This document shows positions 26,177 through 41,890 of a stretch of 64,000 bases of DNA, in pieces. The number at the start of each line of letters is the position of its first letter. The first letter of the stretch is position 1. The notes beneath the pieces were generated by a model. The model worked only from the letters and a program-made list of their open reading frames with translations, was not told the DNA's origin and did not search any database. The stretch comes from the human T2T-CHM13v2.0 reference genome, Homo sapiens, in NCBI RefSeq assembly GCF_009914755.1, contig NC_060937.1; one strand, 5' to 3'. Position numbers and translations under genes: made by a program.

Positions 26177-29100
26177 TAATATGACTTACTTAATTCAAAA
26201 TTTACCTAATTTTAAATAATGACTCTATTTAACAACAAGCTTACAAAATTCATGAAAATTTAACAATTGGTATAAACAAGTGGTATAAGGACACACAGTT
26301 TACATCCATAAATAAATACTTAATGCCTCAGTCTTCTGGGTTTTGAGAATTTGAGTATGAATTTTTATTCCACTTTGTACAGGCCAAGGCCTCATCTATT
26401 TTCCTAGAGAGGCTGTTAAAACCCCAAACTCTTGAATATTAGACTATCAACCACAAGCTCATCCATTCTGCTGGGCAGCTAGGGCATCAGTCTAAGTGCT
26501 GGCTTTTAGTTTCAACTTGGGTTTTGGCTCCTGTGTATTTTCCTTACTTTTTTCCAGCTTATTACACATTTAAATGAGTGTTTCTAAAACTCTCATCTAG
26601 CACTTCTAAGTGTTTTCTCATGGGGAGGTTTTAAGATATCTGGTCACAATATTGCCTGGAATGAAAGGGTCCTGTCTTGTGTTAGCACTCTCTAGAAATT
26701 TCTGACCTTGAATCTGACTCTGTATAAAGGAGTATTCCTGACTTTCAAAACTCAGCTTTTTAAGACTTGATAGTAACCAAGTTCAGTTTATTTTATGCAT
26801 GAAAACTTGTGGTTCTTCAGTGATTCTTATAATTTTTGGCCTTCGAGAGGTATGCTTTGATTGCAAAAAGGAGAACTAGTCCTTCCTAGATGTGCCAGCT
26901 GTAAGAAGCATGCCGTTAAGTGCAGGGTTGCCTGCTGGATGCTTGATGTGTGAGTCTTCAATGTGTAGATTTCAGAAGATGTGTAAAGGCAAGACAGTGG
27001 CACATTCTTCCAAACTACAGCATGAAAGTGTTGGTCCCTAACTTAGAACATTCACATAAATTCATGAAAGAAAATGTGATAAACTGAAGTAGGACAAACC
27101 ATCCATCGGAAAAAAAAGAGATGAATGGTAATATTTCATTGACTTCTGATATAGTCCCATAATTATAAAGACAAACAAGATGAAAACAGAGTTTACTATG
27201 AAAAACAGTTGATGGATAGATACGCAATATGCAACATGCAATTTTAAAATTTATCAACATGAACAGCAATATGTTGACCTAAAAAAAATTCAGGCAACTG
27301 AATTGAATGATGCCTAATTTCCCAAAGTTGCTGTGCCATGTAAAACGCTGTAGAGGAGGGAGTACACATATTAATAAATACAATCAAAGACATATATGGG
27401 AATTAACACTGCTTAGCATCAAGATTGATTCCCCGTACAAAAGTGGTTTCTTTTTTTTCCTCTTCAACGCTTTTTTTTTTCGCCACCACAATCAGAAGTT
27501 TCTGTTGCAGTACTGAGTTATTTTTATAGATTGTGGAAACCTTGATAAATTCTTTTGAGAATTAGCTGGGTCTTAAAAGAATCTCTTTGTTTCAGCAGAA
27601 AATATAGTCTGAGCACGTAAGCCTCCGTGATAGAAGGGCAGATGCTCCTGTGGCTATTTTTCACTTTTCAATTTCCCTTTTGTTTTTCAATTTAAGTGAC
27701 ATACTTAATTTTACTACCCTAATTATTTGGCAATATTATTGTATCCTGTGTTGTAACTTGCAGGATACTCTTCCAATAATAAGAATATATTTCTCATAAA
27801 TTTAAATTAAGAAACAATAAAGTTACTCATCAGTTACATAATTTTAACTTGTCCAGTCCAGAATTAACTTTGTCTTGGAGTGGTAACAACAGACACTTTT
27901 CTCCTTACCAAAATAAAAATTTTAACTGTCAACTGTGTATTAAAAGAGCCCCCCATTAAATGATTATATTCCTCCTATCGTATTTTCTCCAATTCAAATA
28001 CATATTCATGTAGTATAAATTTCATTTTGTGCAGGAATGACAGCCAGTTATGTCAGGCTAGATTGATTTGATTGATTTGCTTAACAAATGTTTTCTTTCA
28101 GAAGATCCAATTATTCTTGTAGGCCATCTTGGGGAATGCACACTTGTTCTACAGCTTGATTCCTAGCTGTGGATTCATTTAATCATGTTTCACTATAAAT
28201 TCATGAACTGTAGATAGTGGTGTCCAGGCAATTTTTTCTTAAATTATTAATAGATACATCCAATGTTAGGTATGGGTTTAAATTGTTGTCCCTGATACAA
28301 AGTATGTTTTATAGCAGAAATATGATTGAATGCATAATTTATTTAAGGTTTAGCAAAGATGCAAGACGTGTTCCTTTCCAAATGCAAACACTCTGAAAGC
28401 ACTGCTAGATAAGTAAACACTGTGCTTTAAGAGAGAGTGTGTGAGGCAATAAATGTCATCCCCAACTCAGATAAACACTAAAATTATATTTATGTGATGA
28501 TGGAGATGTTTTTGTGGCATCTAAGCACCTTTAAAACACAGCCAGGATTATTGATGAATATGCCCTTTACAGTTGCTTTGGTTTGCTTGTTTTTTGTTTG
28601 CTTTGTAGTGATCTTTGACAGATAAAATTGTTTTTCCATTAATCCCCCTTCATTGCAATGTTTTTAAATCCCCATATGTTCTGATATTTCCAAAACAGTG
28701 AGTTGAGATATAAAACTTATCTGAGGAGATGACAGGGCTTTCCTCTTCATTTTCAACTGACATTTGTTATTGATTGGATACTTACCTCTTCTCCCAACTT
28801 TGGGGGTCTTCTGCGTTGTTGGGAACCTTCTACATTTCCAGTGGCAAAGGCACTCTCCCTAGCTCAAATTTAACACCTCCAAATTAGTCCTTAATATTTT
28901 TCATTTCAAAAAAATGTTTGTTTTCTTAATCAATGAAAGATTTCAATAATATTCTGAGAAATTTTCTTAGTGCCTATAACCTACAATTTAGATAATGAAG
29001 CAATTTATGACTATCCACTTATGTTCTGCTTTGCCTGGCATAGACAATGACATTTCTCCTTGCAGGAGTCAATAGGTTTTGTGTTGGTTCATGCTCATGG

Positions 29101-29394
29101 TGATAGTGAGTTTCTGTGTGTGTGTTTAATTATGGTTGATAGTCCAATAAGAAATAACCAAGTGAATACAGCTTTAATATTCAAGTGGCATAAAATCTGA
29201 GATTTTCAAGGATCCCCAAGTTCACAATAAATGTGTATATTATACATGAGAACAGATCAACAAAGCTGAATTGAAATGGACATGTTCACCTTTAACCTGA
29301 CTTAATCATTAGTCACAGGACATCCCATACCAGCCTGGCAGCTTGGTATATTTGAACTGGTTTCCACAAAATAAAAATGTCTAAGAAAGTATAA

Positions 29395-29935
29395 TGGAGG
29401 TTACCAGGTGGAGGGAGAGGGCAATGGGGAATTGTTTTCATTATTTTTTAAATTTATGATTTTTAAAAAATTTTTTTGAGGCTGGGTCTCATTCTGTCAA
29501 CCAGGCTGGAGAGCAGTGGTGCAATCATGGCTCACTGCAACCTCCACCTCTGGGCTCCCGTGATCCTCCCACCTCAGCCTCCCAAGTAGCTGGGACTACG
29601 ACTGCATACCACCACCCCCGGCTGATTTTTGTATTTTTTGTAGAGCCAGGGGTTTTGACATGTTGCCCAGGCTGGTCTCCAACTCCTGAGCTCAAGTGGT
29701 CCACTCGCCTTGGCCTCCCAAAGTGGACTACAGACATGAGCCGCTGCACCCAGCCTGCTTTTTAATGGGTACAGAGTTTCTGTCTGGATGATGAAATTTG
29801 TCTGAAAATATTAGAGGTGATGGTGGCATAACACTGTGATTGCACTTAATGCCATTGAATTGTACACCTAAGAATAGTTCAAATGGCAAATTTTATGTCA
29901 TATATATTTTACCACGATAAAAATTAAATAAATAA
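29395..29935 (+). mobile_element. L1MB-type 3' end interrupted by AluJ
   Basis: TTTAATGGGTACAGAGTTTC...TAATGCCATTGAATTGTACAC...TATATTTTACCACGATAAAAA. Confidence 0.8.
29468..29755 (-). mobile_element. AluJ
   Basis: Antisense dimer with J-diagnostic positions. Confidence 0.92.
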
Positions 29936-30869
29936 GTAGATGATACTTAAGTGTCCAGATTTCACTAAAAATTGAAGAACAACAACAAACAGGAAATAAT
30001 GAAAACGTTAGAAGCCTAATTGCCAAGACTATGCCTTATTTATGATAGTAACTGGTGATATTTATATCTAACTTTTAGGAGAAAGGGTACCTATTACTCT
30101 ATTTCACTGAAATAATAAACAAGTATAAAAGCTAAAGGAATATGCTATTTTTTTTCCACCTATTAGGCATCTAGAGTTATAAAGGATACCTTTTTAAGAA
30201 TTCTACAGGTCCTTCTGACCGGTATATTCAGACGTATAGACCTCAAAATTACTAGTGATGAGGATGATAAATTATGATATATTTATGCTAATCCCACTTG
30301 TCCTTAACAGTCACAATTGCTCCGTCTGATCCCTTGTCTCCCAGTATTTTCCCTAACCTAGCGATTAAGTGATGATAGCAGAGGGTCACTCTGTTCACTT
30401 TGATTCATCTGCAGACATCTATATTTTCATGATTCTGGCTTTATCGTGGTTTCATCATCTGTGACCTTCTCTTGCCCTTGACAGAGTTGGTTGTGCATTC
30501 ACAAATGATTCTGAGGCCGGGAAATTTCTTTTTTTTTTTTATTGTCAAAGCTCTTAGGTGCTGGACATTCATAAAGGAGAAACCACAAGTTCTAAAAAGC
30601 AATTTGTGCCTTCCATGGTGACTGGGAAGAGTTACATATCATTCCCTTCTGCCCTGGCAGACACTGCACTAGACATTTCCCCTCTTTAGAAGAATTTGCC
30701 CATCTTGGTAGTCTGAGGGAGCAAAGGATGAATTTGGAAAGGTCATGTTGTTTTTTCAATCTGTAACAAAAAATTTCACAAATAATATTTTGTCTTGTAT
30801 TACATACAAGATACAGTCAAGTAAAATTTTAAATGTAACTTACATTTCTCAGGAAGATTATTTAGGTAG

Positions 30870-31220
30870 TAAGATGTCTATGTTCCTTCATGCCTCCCCA
30901 CTCCTAAACAGCCTCTTATCTTCCTGGAAAACTCTTTTCATCTCCAGTAAAAGGTGTCATGTTACTTCCTGCTTGATGCCTTCCTCACCTTGCCCAGATC
31001 AGTTTAATCTGTTCAACTTACCAAGCAAGCTTAATTATTATTATGTGATTTTAGGTCTGTTATTCTCTTCAGCTTTTGGAGCCCTCTAGAGCAGGTCTGT
31101 GGCCTAACTCAATTTTGCCATCTTCCTCATCCTATGCCAGTCATTTTTTGTTTCATTTCTCCAGTAAGTCTTTTGTTCTTGAATGAATGAATAAATGATG
31201 AATGAATGAATGAATGAATG
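30870..31220 (+). mobile_element. L2 3' end with (GAAT)n tail
   Basis: Ends TTGAATGAATGAATAAATGATGAATGAATGAATGAATGAATG. A MIR follows at about 31290-31460. Confidence 0.6.
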
Positions 31221-32315
31221 CTTAAACAAACAAAAAATATCCAGACCTATACATTTTATTTATTTTTCTGTTTCTATTTTGCTGATAACCAGTAATGGCT
31301 TTGGAGTCAGAGAAGGGTTCAGTTTTAATTTCTATCACCTTAGAAGCAGTTTCACCTTGGATAAATTACCCAACCCCTCTCAGCCTCAGTTTCTTCATCC
31401 GTATAGTAATGGTTATAATAATTATGACAAAAAGAAGGAAGTCAGGTGATTAACGTTAGGTAATAATCTCTCTAATAGGAACTGATAGCAGCAGCAAAAA
31501 TAGACATAAGCAAAATCTTGAATTTTTTTTATAAGAGAACTTTCACCAGAGAAATAACATCCAGGAAGATTCCTGGAGATCATTAGAAGCAAAGGATGAA
31601 ACAGTGGACATGTTTCATAGGCATTCTTCAACCTAAAATAAATGGGTTGTGTTTTAAAGGTTTGTTTCTGAGCCGATTGCCTTAGAGCTCAGAAATACAT
31701 TCTTTCATACAAACAACATGCTAGTTGATGGCTCTGTTCTTAGCACAGCCTACAAAGTGTAGGTACCTTAGAATATGCACTAAATAAAGAATTAATAGTA
31801 CCATTTCAGTTATCATACCAACATTTTTCTATAGGGCAGTGTGTTCTGTGTTCATAATTTAAACTTCTAGGAACACAGGAAACATCTGGAGGAAGGAAGT
31901 TAGAGAAGAAAATTTGGCAATCAAACAGATCCAGAAGATAGAACTTATTGAAATCAGGTAACAAAATGAAAATTAAATCTAAAACTAGGCTTTTATACCC
32001 ATTTTCAAGATGATAATCAAAATTAACCAAAAATCTCAAAAATGAATCTTTAGGGAACATATTACGTGGGAAAGAACTGTATGAATATTACTGTTAAATA
32101 GAACTAAATTAAAATCCTGAGTTGATATGTAGAATTCCAGAATTGTGAAAAATGTATATAACTTCTTGAGTTTTAATTTCCTTATATGAACATGGAACAA
32201 TAATACTGGAAATAGTTGCCAAGAAGAATTATAATGCCCTAGGTTATTAGGAATGTCTTTCTTGTATCATTTATCTTTTATTTTTGAACTCCAGCATTAG
32301 CTTGCATTCAAACAC

Positions 32316-32665
32316 TTATATGTGATGTATACATTTATGTATATATGTATGTATGTGTCTGTATATATGTATGTGTCTGTATATATGTATGTATATGTAT
32401 GTGTGTATAAATAGTATATATAGTATGTGTGTGAGAGTATATATATTCACCTGTATGTGTGTATATGTGTGTGTGTATGTGCGTGTGACGTGTGTGTGTG
32501 AGATGTGGGTGTGTATATATGTGTATTGAGATATAGGTATACACACACACACATATATATACGTATATATCACACATATATATACGTATATATATGTATA
32601 TATATACATATATATATGTGTGATATATACGTGTATATATGTATATATATACACGTATATATATA
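32316..32665. repeat. Compound (TA)/(TG)/(CA) alternating purine-pyrimidine tract
   Basis: About 350 nt of RY dinucleotide low complexity. Confidence 0.93.
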
Positions 32666-33624
32666 GTCCTTGAAACCGTTTGGCTCAAAACACCTCTATT
32701 ATTTAGTTTTTTTCTTTCTACAGAATTCTCAAACTTTCCATATATTTTTCTTAAGCTGCTTCTTGCTCCCCTTCTCATCTTGCCCATGCTTAGATGCTGT
32801 CAGATCATTCATTTTGCTACAGTTTCCATTCATTTTGTTGCCTTCACTCTGTCTGTGCCACCTTCCCTCGTGGTTTTTGATTCTCAGAACTTTTGCTGAG
32901 GTGTCTTCACTTTTCTTTTCTTCCATGGTCTCCCTAAAACCCATCTACCACTGTGATTGTTTTTCTACTTCTATTGAACATTCTCACTTTAAGGTTTTAT
33001 GGAGCATTTAAACTCCTTCTTTGTATGTTCCCCTTTTGACTCTTCATATTGTCATCTTTATCATCCTGAATGGTTGCCTCCTACTTTCCCCTTCAGACTG
33101 GGGTTTTCAGTCCATCTTTGGTGGAATATTTGGTCTCCACTTATTTCATTTTTATTCATTATTGTCCTGGTTCTTTGTGTAGAATTGCCTCTCCATAAAT
33201 AAGCCCTGTTTCTCCTTTTGTAGAACAGTTTATTTTTCTGTATTTGTTTCTCCACATCTTGTTCATTCTAGCAACTTTCTTTTTACTCATTTGACTTTTC
33301 TTCCAACATTTGAAATCAAACATCAATTTATTTTATAAGTATTTCTTTTGAATTGTCATGCAACATTCTAAACTCAAATCATAAAGTCAGAGAATTTTAG
33401 AGGTAGATAGAACCATAAGTATCACCTTGGCCAGACCGTATGTATTACCAAAAAGGAAAGTAACTGGAAAACATCTTCTCAATGCCCAGCTCTTAAGTGT
33501 TATCTTCCCCTTGCACTCCAGTGAAACTTTAGGTTGAGTCATATTCTGTATTGATTATCAGTTCCACCTGTATAATATTGTTTTTCTTCTATTCAAAAAA
33601 GGACTGATATAGCATATATGGTTA

Positions 33625-33920
33625 TCTTTAATTGCAGTAAATTACACATCACATAAAATTCACTGTTTTAAAGTGTACAATTCACTGACATCTGGTGCCT
33701 TTATCATGTTGAGCAACCATCACTATTGTCTAATTCCAGAACATTTTTATCATCCCAAAAGAAAGCTCTTTGCCCAAGAAGTCACTCCCTAGTCCTCCCT
33801 CACCCCTACCTCCTGGAAACCGCCATTCTGCTTTCTGTCTCTAAGCATGACCTATTCTAGATCTTTCTTCTAAATGGAATCATGTAATATGTGGCCTATT
33901 TTATCTGGCTTCTTTCAACA
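33625..33920 (-). mobile_element. L1MB-type 3' fragment
   Basis: CATAAAATTCACTGTTTTAAAGTGTACAATTCA...CTAATTCCAGAACATTTTTATCATCCCAAAAGAAA. Confidence 0.8.
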
Positions 33921-34042
33921 CATATAGTTTTATAATCTGCTATTTACAACTTGCTATGTATGGTTATATAATCTGAAAACATAGCAAAAGTGTATATATA
34001 TTATAAAAGTTTTGAAAAATATTCTTCTGCATACACAGTGCC

Positions 34043-34252
34043 TTTATTTTTATTTATTTTTATTTTTGACAAGGTCTCATCTGTTATGCAGGCTGGAGTG
34101 TAGTGGCACAATCTTAGCTCCATGCAACCTCTGTCTTCCAGGCTCAAGCGATCCTCCTGACTCAGCCTCTTGAGTAGCTGAGAGTAAATTAGTGTGCACC
34201 ACCACAACTAGCTATTTTTTGTAGAGACAGGTTTCACCATGTGGCCCAGGCT
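34043..34252 (-). mobile_element. 5'-truncated AluJ
   Basis: Right arm plus part of the left arm. TSD CACAGTGCCTTT / CACAATGCCTTT. Confidence 0.88.
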
Positions 34253-34974
34253 CACAATGCCTTTTTATATTCCCAAGTTTTACATGCTTTGTTTTTACCC
34301 ATGCTAGTACTGTGACCTTTTTCCTACAACTCAAACAACTTTCCTGATGTTGAGTTTAATTCATAGAGCACACAGAGAAGCATGTCCCAGTTGTCCTGTG
34401 GAACACTTGCATGCCTGTCACAGACCTGCCTGGGAAGCTCCCAGCAGACACTCAGTCCCACTTGACAAAGATTCTTCATTCATTCTGGTTTTTGTCCTGC
34501 AGTCTCTAAGTAAATATAAGATGTAGACTGATATGAAGCTCTCCAAAACTCCTCACTTACCCCAGGTTTAGTAACTCTATGTATGTCCACAACCAAAGGC
34601 CATCTCCTTTAATATCCACCACCTTCTAGCATAGTGGGAACAAAGAGACTTGTCACACTTATGTTCTTGAGTTGTCCCCATAACAACCACTTTATTTCTC
34701 CATCTTGGTTGCCTCTTCCCTCCACCAGTGACATCTGCCCACTTTTGCAGACCTCTGCCTTAAAGTCCTGCACCACTGTCCTCTTTAACAGTGGAGAAAG
34801 GCCCCTTCTGTGCCATTGACCAAGGGATGAATGGTGGCAGGTCACACTTCTTTTTATCCCTGCCCTTCCTTTTATCGTATTTTTTGTTACTTCACCACCA
34901 CATCTTTTGATATCTTCTTGCCAGTGAAGTGCAGAAGGAAGTTGGTTATTTGGACATAACTCTTGAATGAACAT

Positions 34975-34975
<1 letters not shown>

Positions 34976-35020
<45 letters not shown>
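34976..35020. repeat. (CA)n microsatellite
   Basis: About 22 perfect units. Confidence 0.97.
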
Positions 35021-35022
<2 letters not shown>

Positions 35023-36974
35023 GCCAAACACAAATTTGTTAATTTTCAGTAATAATACAGTCTAGGTCTATATGAAGGAAGCAAACTTTCCCCAAATGCA
35101 TTATCATCTGCAGAGAGCACCAGCTTCAAAGAAAACAGAGTTCAATATTCATTATTATGCAGATTGATATCAATCACACATGCTCATTAACAAACAACAA
35201 AGTTTACCTTCTGCCACCAAGAGTGTGCCCAGAAGACCACCTACATGAAAAACAGAGTCATCTACTCATTGCTTTTCTGCCCTTAGCACAAAATCACATT
35301 TCTAGGCAACACTATACTACTTTTTGCGAGCAGAAGATGATTATGGGAGCATCTCCTACACAAGCAAGAGCTGTTCACAGGAATGCTGAGATGCTGGAGG
35401 AGGCTATTCTAGTAACATGTTCTTTGGATTCATCCCTATTTTAATTAACAATCAGAGTCCTCACAATATTATTTCGGGTAGGGTAACTGTTTTACTCTTG
35501 CAAAGCAATAAACCTTACTTTAACAGAATTTAACAGATATCTCTTTAAAAAACTGCTTTAATGTTTTTACCTTCTATCTTCTTTTTCTCCAGCTTTATCC
35601 TGACAGAGAAGTTAGCACTAATTAATCTATTTTCTCTTCCCCCTCTTTTTTCCCTTGTGTGTGTCTTTTCTGCCTTCATCTACCCCAGTGAATTTGTTCA
35701 GCATTTTGGCTCACTCATTTCTTCAGCTAACTACAGCTTACTACTACAGCCACCACTACTAGAGCCACTCCTGTCTCATCCTGGATGGTTGACAGAGATG
35801 AAAACATCTTGCTAAAGCAAATATACAGCTCCCCTTTCACTGGCTCTCCAGTCCTCCTGCTGTCTTTGCTTGACCTCCTGCAACTGCTATAATACCCCAC
35901 CCTTTTTCTTCTCTCACTCTCTCCACTGTGGCCCTGATAGCTTCTTTCAAACTTGCAAACACAGTTGTCAGACTCTTGTGACAATTCTGCAAGCAAGGTA
36001 CATAGTACATAATACATAATACTTAATGATTATCTTTTATCTTGGTGGATTACTGATTGAAAAGATTGGGCTTGAGAACCCTGGCTTCCTACTTCCAAAT
36101 ATGATTCTTTTTCTTTCCTGTTGCTTACAAAATGGTGATATTTATCATGTCAAAGTTAAAACTACTCAGACTGTGTTACCACAGAAATTCACATTAAATA
36201 CAAACCATGACTACTTGTTTCCCTGGGCCAAAAGTCAGGAAGGATTTTCTCCAAAACAAAATTGTGGAATATTTGAGGATTAGTATGTGCAGGCACAGCC
36301 TGCTCTTTCCACTTTCGCCCCAATCCTAAATGGAGATGACACCATCAATTAATCAAACAACACATATTTATTCAGCACATACCCTGCACTAAATGGAATT
36401 AAAGCCAAAAGAGCCACATTTTTCAAATGATGTGAAGGGCAAAAATATCTCTGTGTTCAACCGGGCATGTTTGTTTTAAACAGATGGCTAGGCACCCACT
36501 TCTATTTATCTGCATTTCATTGACTTTCTTTCCAAATGCATACTCTGCAGCCACAGCCTCCTTTGGAAATTTTCCTTATTTTAAAATGGTTACAGAAAAT
36601 CCTTACACCACTTTGTTCTTTTCAGAATGACTCGTCTAGAATCTAGATAAAAACAGCCGCGAACAGGAGATAACTTGAAAACTATTGTACAAATTACTGT
36701 CTTTTCTTTCAAGGAATATCTATTGATATGGTATTCCCAAATTAGCCCAGGATCTAAACCCATTTGCAGGCAGCCTGTGAAGGACAAAATGTCTGGGCCC
36801 TCAAGCATTAAGTATTGTAAATGGGATGAGAACAGTGTGTCCTCAGTGTTATTGCCCTAGTACATAACTATTTAGCTAGCTTATTATATGATCTGTAATA
36901 GTAAATAGTCATAAACTATTTACTATTTAAATATTAATAGAAATAAACTACTTTTATGCTGCCCTCTGATGCTT

Positions 36975-39277
<2,303 letters not shown>

Positions 39278-39464
39278 AAATAAACTACTGAGCTAATTTA
39301 TTATCTGATCTAATATTCAGAAATAAATGCTCCTACCTTTGGATTCCTTTAATGGATAAATCTATCTCTAGACCCTCTTAGTTTATGCTAACTCACCTTA
39401 GTTGAGTAGGTGGCCTGTCACTACCCTGATGGACTACATCTCAGGGGTCAGCCAGAATCCTTCT

Positions 39465-39660
39465 TAGGAGCCAGGCACTATTCTAATTATTTTATAGGTA
39501 TTAACTCATTTACTCTTCACAATAACCCTATGATCCAGTCTTATCTTTATTTTAGAAATGACGAAACTAAAGCATACAAATTTTAAGTAAACTGCTCAAG
39601 ATCACGCAGCTAGTAAGTGTCAAAGCTGGGGTTTAATTCCAGATAATCCAATTTCCTTTC
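39465..39660 (-). mobile_element. MIR SINE
   Basis: TATTAACTCATTTACTCTTCACAATAACCCTATGA...CTGCTCAAGATCACGCAGCTAGTAAGT. Confidence 0.8.
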
Positions 39661-40449
39661 TGCCTCTAAAAAGCCTTGTGTGTTACAGATTTAGTTGTTG
39701 CCTTTCTTATTTTATCTAGCCTCATGAGGGAAAGAACTGGTAATCTCCCTCACCCTCAGGCACGTTTCTCTGTAGACTCCACATCTTCTCAGGAGGTAGT
39801 GAAAAGGTGGGAAAAATAAATTACTGATCTCTTCAACTTTGAGCAACACGTCCTTCTTGCTGGTATTTCCTCAAGCTGTAGATGGTGGGCTTTCTCCTCT
39901 TGCGGGCTCCTGTGGTCCTAGTCTTTCTAGAGAAGAACTATATTAATATGGTAGATGGTCATGGATGAAATACAAACCAAAACGTTTTTACATATTGAGC
40001 ACTTAATTACTGATTTGAGCAAGTCTTCCAGGATAGGTTTGACTCACTGATCTATATCATTCCCTGGAATCCTGCCCATAACCCATCACAGTCACGGATC
40101 TCCGTAGGCGGTAGTGTGTTTTGCAGTTGCAGAAAACCTCTCAATTCCTTCAAATACACCACAGTCAGAAAGTCCTATGACTTAGGACTTAGTTCTCTGC
40201 TAAAATGTTCATAGGATGGAAGATGGAAGAAGCATGACAGAAGGGAGTTACCAGAGAGTTGGAGTAGGGGCAGGAATGAATGCAACAAAAATGGCAGCCA
40301 GGGTGCTGAGGTGTATAAGGTTCTCTTGTAGCCTGCCACTCCTTGGGGGAGCATCTCTAAACATTTAAAAGTACTAAAACACTTCACACATTGGATCCCA
40401 AGTTTTTTTCCATCTCATTTGGTTTTCTTCAGTAGCCTTAGACTCCTAG

Positions 40450-40845
<396 letters not shown>

Positions 40846-41689
40846 TATTGCTGGAATTTTTAATCTTCCCAACTGGTTGGTTGTTTTGGCATCCTGTTGG
40901 GTGTCACTAGATGCCATTTAAAACAGATTACTTAAATCTAAATTTTAAGAGGAAATTTAGAATCTGAAATGAGAACCTATAAATAATCTCTTGAGTCTTA
41001 ACTGGCTGGCCAAACAATAAAATAAACCTATAATAAAATTCTGCACATGAGGCAACTAATCTCTAAATTTAAATAACAGTTGCATTTACCTCCAGCCAGG
41101 TGTTTGGAAAGTAAATAATGCGAAGCAGTGATTGAGATAAAATATGGCTTTACATGAAAAATCAGTATTTCCACCTTCCTCTTTTTATATTCAAGTTAAA
41201 AGTAGCCCATTGAACTTTTAAAAGTTGAAATATATTTCCAAAAGAAAAAAGATTCATTATTTATTGTTATATTGTTGACATACCAGAGTAACACAGAATA
41301 GCTTTTGAAATGCATAGACCATCACAATTCCTTTTAGTGATGAAGGGAAACATTAGCATGCTTTGATTTGGCCATGATGTCCCAGACATTGTTTGTCATT
41401 AGCTTAGTAAATGGTTTAAAGATAGAGGAAATGATGAACTTCTACTAAAATTTCAGAGGAGACTTGAAAGTTTAGTTTGATTGCAGTGCAGCCAACTTCA
41501 TATGTTTTAGTGCTATTTTAAGTTGAAATTTCTCCCCTCCTTTTTTTTTAACAATAAATGTAAATAGCAGAGATTTTAGGCAATTGCCAAGGTGTTTATT
41601 TGTTCAGTTAGCCATTTCTACTAAAATCTTTGAGCCGTCCTAGCCTCACCTAGCTTGAAGCTAATATTAACAGCATCTGTAGTTCGTTG

Positions 41690-41890
41690 CTGTTCAAGAC
41701 TCAACTATTCCTGAGGCTGTTCACCAAACATGTTACATAAATCATTCCTAGTCCTCACAACAGCCCATTCAGGTCGATATTATCATCTCCATTTAACAAT
41801 TAAAGAAACAAGTTCAGGAAAGTTAAGATCACACGGCTGGTGAGTATTTGAACCATATTGCTTACCTGATAAAATGTAGTCCATTACTAT
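41690..41890 (-). mobile_element. MIR SINE
   Basis: AGTCCTCACAACAGCCC...TATTATCATCTCCATTT...AAGATCACACGGCTGGTGAGT. Confidence 0.7.

Noticed and set aside
30255-30330. C/D snoRNA-like GTGATGA...CTGA spacing
   Set aside because: No terminal stem and no recognisable rRNA-complementary guide.
32316-32787. 112-150-aa Y/I/H/T-rich ORFs
   Set aside because: Translation artefacts of dinucleotide repeats.
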